NCBI RefSeq assembly: GCF_009914755.1
Contig: NC_060942.1
DNA: 64,000 nt
From: the human T2T-CHM13v2.0 reference genome, Homo sapiens
Direction: 5' to 3' (one strand)
The notes below the pieces were generated by a model, which worked only from the letters and a program-made list of their open reading frames with translations, ran no database searches and was not told the origin of the DNA. Below, piece by piece: positions 58,601 to 64,000 of the stretch (the stretch's first letter is position 1; every line of letters starts with the position of its first letter). A program made the position numbers and the translations under genes.

Positions 58601-58729
58601 TGTTAATCTACTATGAATCAAAGAAACGAGTATATACACTTTGTGATATTTACTTCGGATCTTTGAAGACGTTAGTATTCAGTTTCTGATTTTTAAAAAG
58701 TTCAATTGATCAGATAAGAGATATGTGGG

Positions 58730-58844
58730 AAAGAGAGGAGGGAAGATTTTATTTTCTGGTGAGAGTAGACTAATTCAGGCCAATATTCCAACTACAACTA
58801 GAAACTAGAAATGCTGTGTGTGTGTGTGTGTGTGTGTGCGCATG

Positions 58845-58883
<39 letters not shown>

Positions 58884-60700
58884 CAGCTGAGAGCTAACAG
58901 AATCATGAGAAATTCCTAACCTGTTACGAGGGGAGAATGGAGGTGGCTTAGGAATTTTATTTTAGCATTTGTGGCTGCTTTTCCAATGGGAGAGTGTGTC
59001 GAATCCAGAAGGCGGAACCTGGGAGGTACGTGAGCACTTTTAATATCCCAGAAATGCTAGTGATATAAATATTGATATCCAAGCACTTCAAGGATGGTGA
59101 TAAACCTTCTTTTGGATTAGGACCCTCCAGAATAGCAGCATCAGAGCAATAAGGGTGAACCCAGAAAATAGAAAGGCTGGTGAAGCCTGCAGCCCAGCTT
59201 CATACACATCACCTCCCCAAATGGGAGAAGACTCTAAATTTCTAGCGCTTCCAAGTGCCTAGCAAGAACAAAGGTAAATCATCTTTGGAACAAAACACAT
59301 CATTCTAAGTCTCAAATATATCTGCAAATGGTTTTCCTCTCACCGTCTCCAACATGTAATAAACAATAATAACACTCACTTCGATGGTTAAAAATAGGAT
59401 GAAAACTTTTTATATTCATAAAAAATCCTAAAATAAACACTATATAAAGTATCTTCCAAGTCGCCACATATTAGAATAGTTAATCATGGCCTTTAAAATG
59501 TCTGTTTCTATCATGAAGAACGTAGAGAATTTTTTTCAGAGAAATGAAAATGCAACCAAAAAATTGAAATCCTGGAACTTACAAATACAATGACCTAAAA
59601 CAGAAACCTAGTGAATGAGTTTAACAACACATTAAAAGTAGCTGAAGGGAATAATTAGCGAACTAGAAGATAATACCTAAAATAAAGACTAGAGAGAAAA
59701 AAGATCAAAATTATAGTACAAAATAAATAAAAAATACAGTAAGAAAGTCTTACTTATTTGTGCTTAGAATTCTATAAGAAAAGGAGAGAGATAAAGGAGC
59801 AAAAGTAATAATTAAGGATATAGTAGCTGTAATTTCTAAGACTAATGGAAGTCAATAAGCCACACACAAAAAATGCTCTAAAAATCCTAACAAAATATAA
59901 ATTCATACCCAAGCTCATTGAATTTTAATTGTCAAAAACTAAAAACAAATAAAAATATTAGAACCATTAGCAAACAAGAAAAACGCATTCCAAACAGTGT
60001 CAATTAAACTGTCAACTGAACTCAACACAGAAAACGCAGAAGGTAAAAATATAATGAAATATTATTAAAAGACTGAAACAATTTCCAACTTAGAGTTCTT
60101 AATCCAGCAAAACTTATTTTTCCGGAATAAGAAAAATTAAAACAAGGGGGAAAAAACTAAAAAGCAAAAATAAAACATTATCATCAGAATTGCACTAAAA
60201 GAAATACTAAAGACTATTCTTTAGACAAAAGAAAAATCATACCAAGCAAAGTATTGGAAATGCAAGAACAAGGAAACCAGTAACTTGTACTAAATATTTA
60301 CTGCAGAAAACAATAATAATAATTACTTTCAAGTTTAAAATATAGATGCAATTTAAATTTATAATCTGTAACTATAGACTTTACATTTATGTATACGTGA
60401 AATAATTCCAAAATTAAAACATATCCTGGGTCATAAAGCCAGTCTCATCAAAATTAAAATGATCGACATCATGTAGAGTTGACTCTGATTGTAATGCAGT
60501 TTAGTTAAATATTAATAATAAAAAATAACTAGAAAGATATCATATGTTCAGAAACCTACAAATGTGCTCTTAAACCCACAGGTTTATTGAATAAATCAAA
60601 ATGAAATATAGAATATATTTGCATATGAAAAAGGAAAATTCTATAATTCAAATATCATGGGATACATCTAAAAGTAATAGGGACAATTATAGTCATAAGT
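58730..60700 (+). mobile_element. Old L1M 5' UTR / ORF1 / ORF2-start remnant
   Basis: A-rich sense strand; gtgaatgagtttaacaacacatta...gctgaagggataattagcgaactagaaga; ctgggtcataaagccagtctca. Confidence 0.7.
58815..58881. repeat. Long interrupted (TG)n microsatellite
   Basis: 67 bp of alternating pyrimidine-purine sequence. Confidence 0.95.
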
Positions 60701-61739
60701 ATTTGGCTATATTCAATGATCCACAATAAATTTCTAACTCTTGGTTCATACGTGGCTAACAAGATTCAGAATATAGTTTTCAAAAATTAAAAAATCACTT
60801 CAATGAAAATATAAGATAAATAAATGCCAAAGATTTCCTACCTTATTAATGAGGAAACCAATAATCTCATATAGCTGGTTCAAAAAGGATTTGATAAACT
60901 GAGTATTTGAGGCATTTTACGAAATGAGTGTTAGGAGTAAAATTGCTAGATTAAGTACAAAATTTGTTAATGTCCTCAAAGGTAATAATCTTTGAAATTG
61001 CCTTTTCTATTTGTATGGAAGTTATAAGTAAATATATTACTTCAAAATATTTGGGCTTTAATTAAAGCAAAGCTAAATACGTTGCATTCTCCAAGAGAAT
61101 TAAATAGTCCTGTGTGAGCCTTTTAAATGATGCCCCAGTATGATGTTGAAAGAACAGATTATTTTCTTTTTGCTTTAATTCTAAACTTTGGAAAACTCTT
61201 CTTGACACAAATATTTACAGAATAATTGTTTAAGAAAAGCTTATATAGCAGATGGAACAAAGAAAGCATAGTCCTCAAGGCATTCTCAATCTAGTTTGTA
61301 AAGCAAAACAAGAATCAAGCACAGAACAACATAATTTTTTAATTAATGCGATGTATATTTAATAGTTAAATAAACAGTTAATTTTCCAGTGACAAGAAGC
61401 AGGGAGACTCCAGCAATCAGTAATAGGAAATTTTCAGTTCTTCACAATTCTATGTAGATGAATCAATCAGACCTCAAGTCAAAATGTTCAAACCTAAAGT
61501 CATCTTCCCCTGCAACTTCTCCTGCATGTCCACCATTGACTCTGTCTCTTAGGATTGAAACTTTCAAGCCTTAATGGATAGGGTAATATACAATTTTTAA
61601 AATATTTCTAGCATAGTTCCTGCATTAGAGCAGGTGATTTATGTATATTGACCTAATTCTTACTCTTTTATAAATGCCCCTCTTATATTCTCATTGCTTG
61701 ACCTCCATACATCTTAGTTTTACTATATAACTAGTCCCT

Positions 61740-61950
61740 TCTTACCACATGTCAGGTATTTTCTAAGTGATTTAGGTGCATTGGTTTATATAATCCTCTC
61801 AACAACTCTATAGGTTGGCACTATTTTAACCCTTTATTACAAATAATAAAGCTTAGGATCAGTGTAGTTAAGGAATTAATCTAATTTACCTATCTTATAA
61901 GGGGCAAAATCAGGACTTTACCTCAGGTATTCTTACTCCTAATCTTTTAA
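61740..61950 (-). mobile_element. MIR
   Basis: taatcctctcaacaactctataggttggcactatt...ttacaaataataaagcttagg. Confidence 0.75.
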
Positions 61951-62779
61951 TTATTTTATTAATGGCTTTGAATTACATCATATGGCAGAATGGAATGAGG
62001 TGGGTAAAGCCTGGAACCCATTTGGTTTTTGTGTGTTTGTTTGTTTGTTTCTGGTATCCTGGAGAGAAAGTATAAGAAAGACTTAAACCAAGGCGGTAGC
62101 TGTGTGCAAAAGCAAAGAAAAGAACAGGATAATCTTAAACATGTCTTTAAGAAGAAAGTCAGAAAACAGATTCTCTGTATCCTTAATCAGGTGAAGTCCT
62201 TCTGCCCATCTCGGTTTCAAGTTTCAGAGGAGTTTATGTAAGAAACACTATTCCAGACAAATAAACGTTCTAATCCTAGCCTGAATATTGGCTAATAATT
62301 CTCTCTGAAACTTCTAAGCAGGCTGACTGTAGTTACTTAACTAGTAAAAAGCTGAATTTAAAGATAAATCATTTTATGGTAAATGGAAGACAAGGAAAGA
62401 AAATGCCCCAAAAGAATTAGCTTTCCTCTCTAAATCTAAGCTTCCTTAAGATACCAAATCCATGCTGCCCTTTCCTGGACCCTAACATGAGCCTGCCAGG
62501 GCTTTCAAAACGGACCTTAGACTTAGGTATCTACTAATAGCAGCTACATAGCAAATACTCTACAGATGAGAAAAAGGAATATATATAATACATATATATG
62601 TATATATCACACACATATATGTGTGTGTGTGTATATATATATGTATTTTAAAGGAGAGTACAATACTGGAAATGGACATTTCTTTGGGTCAATATTGTGC
62701 TCCTTAGATGTCTTGTGGATTTTATCTGTTTGAAAGAGGGCAGTGTATTCAAGGATCACCATTAAAATTAAGGTGTTGC

Positions 62780-63340
62780 TCCAATTACTATTGTTACATA
62801 AAAAACCTGTCCAAAAATGACTGATGTAAAACCACCATCTAATTATGCTCATAACTCAGGCAGAGCTCATTTGCTTATCTCTGCCCCATTATGTTGGTAG
62901 GTTGCTCAATGGCTCGAGGTTGGAATCACTTGGTAGTATTCTTACTTATAAATGTGGCAGCTGATGCTGAGTGTTAGCAGGGACCTAAGCTGGACTGAAA
63001 GCTAGAACTCCTATTGTGGCCTCTCTATATAACACTTCTATTGGCCTGTTCATAGCAATGACAACTGGATTCCAAGAGTGAGCATCCTAATAGAGCAAGA
63101 GGAAAGTGTGTGTCATTTACTTGTGTGCTAAGACCATGCTTTGAAGCTAATAAATAGAGATGTTTGATTGATTTAATGTCACAGAACATCACTTTCACTT
63201 GCACCATACTCAATTGGTCAAAGCGGTCACATAACTCTGCCTGTGATCAATGAAATGGAACTACCAAATGGGAGGAATGTCAAGGTCCCAACATAAGAGA
63301 GCATATTCGATGGTCTTATGGTGGTAGGCAACACACCCTA
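62780..63340 (-). mobile_element. MaLR LTR, MLT1G/H-like
   Basis: ttccaagagtgagcatcc...gtcacagaacatcactttc...attggtcaaagcggtcaca...atgggaggaatgtcaagg. Confidence 0.7.
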
Positions 63341-63599
63341 GGTGTGTAGGCATGGACAATAGGAAATTGGGCGATTGGGCAATGTACTTTAAGTGGTAAG
63401 AGCTCTGGTCTCTAAATCCATCCAGGGAGGAAGAAAGCTACCAATACTCAGTTCTCTGTCTTAAATACTGAGAAGTTTACTCAAAGTAATGATTAATCTA
63501 ACGCACATTAGAAAAAAAATTCAGTGCTACAACAGGCTTTAGTATTTGGCCAAAAGTTAGTATATGACTTGGAGGTTGCTGACTTTATTTTTATATTCA

Positions 63600-64000
63600 A
63601 TGAGTTCCGAATTTGAAGGATGCACAAGAGTAAACTTGGCAGAGGTGGAGTAGCCACAGGGAGAAGGAGTGGTCTGTGGGGTGTCTTGGGGTAAACAAGA
63701 GAGAGGAGGACAGGGAAGAGTCAAAGAAGGAAGGCCAGTGTGACTGAGCACAAAATGTGTTAAGCCTAGGGCAACTGAACTCAGTAAGTTCATCAGGAAC
63801 CAAGGATATAGCCTATGTTAATGACATAGATCTTTATCTGAAAGGCCATTAAAATATGGATGCAGGGTGGGTGACACAGTTTGAAAAGATCACTTCAGGA
63901 AAAAAAAATAGATATATTGGAATGAGAGGAGACGCTGTGTGAAGAGTGTATCCAATCAAAGAGTTTTATAGTGGTCTAGGTAAGAAATGTTGGCAACATG
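63600..64000 (-). mobile_element. L2 remnant
   Basis: aaggaaggccagtgtgactgagc; tttgaaaagatcact. Confidence 0.6.

Overview
This is AT-rich, CpG-poor primate (most likely human) genomic DNA from an intergenic region or a large intron. I see no protein-coding exon, RNA gene or CpG island. Every ORF in the supplied track that I can recognise is a translated transposon remnant (Alu antisense, L1 ORF1/ORF2, Hsmar2 transposase); the rest look like chance ORFs. The window is a layered record of transposon insertions: at least 8 Alus (J, S and Y), two short young L1PA 3' ends, many old L1M fragments, and L2/MIR relics. It also holds a near full-length Hsmar2 mariner with TIRs and a TA target duplication, MER33/MER45A/MER47A DNA transposons, several MaLR LTRs, and two HERV-K solo LTRs about 2 kb apart (LTR22/HML-5 and LTR5A/B/HML-2). 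I did not find a novel multi-gene biological system. The observations worth checking are the HERV-K LTR pair, the Hsmar2 copy, inverted repeat pairs that could form dsRNA, several short duplications, insertions and palindromes that look like repair or template-switch scars, and a few candidate enhancers. Subfamily names come from recalled consensus sequences, not a RepeatMasker run, and boundaries of old elements are approximate.
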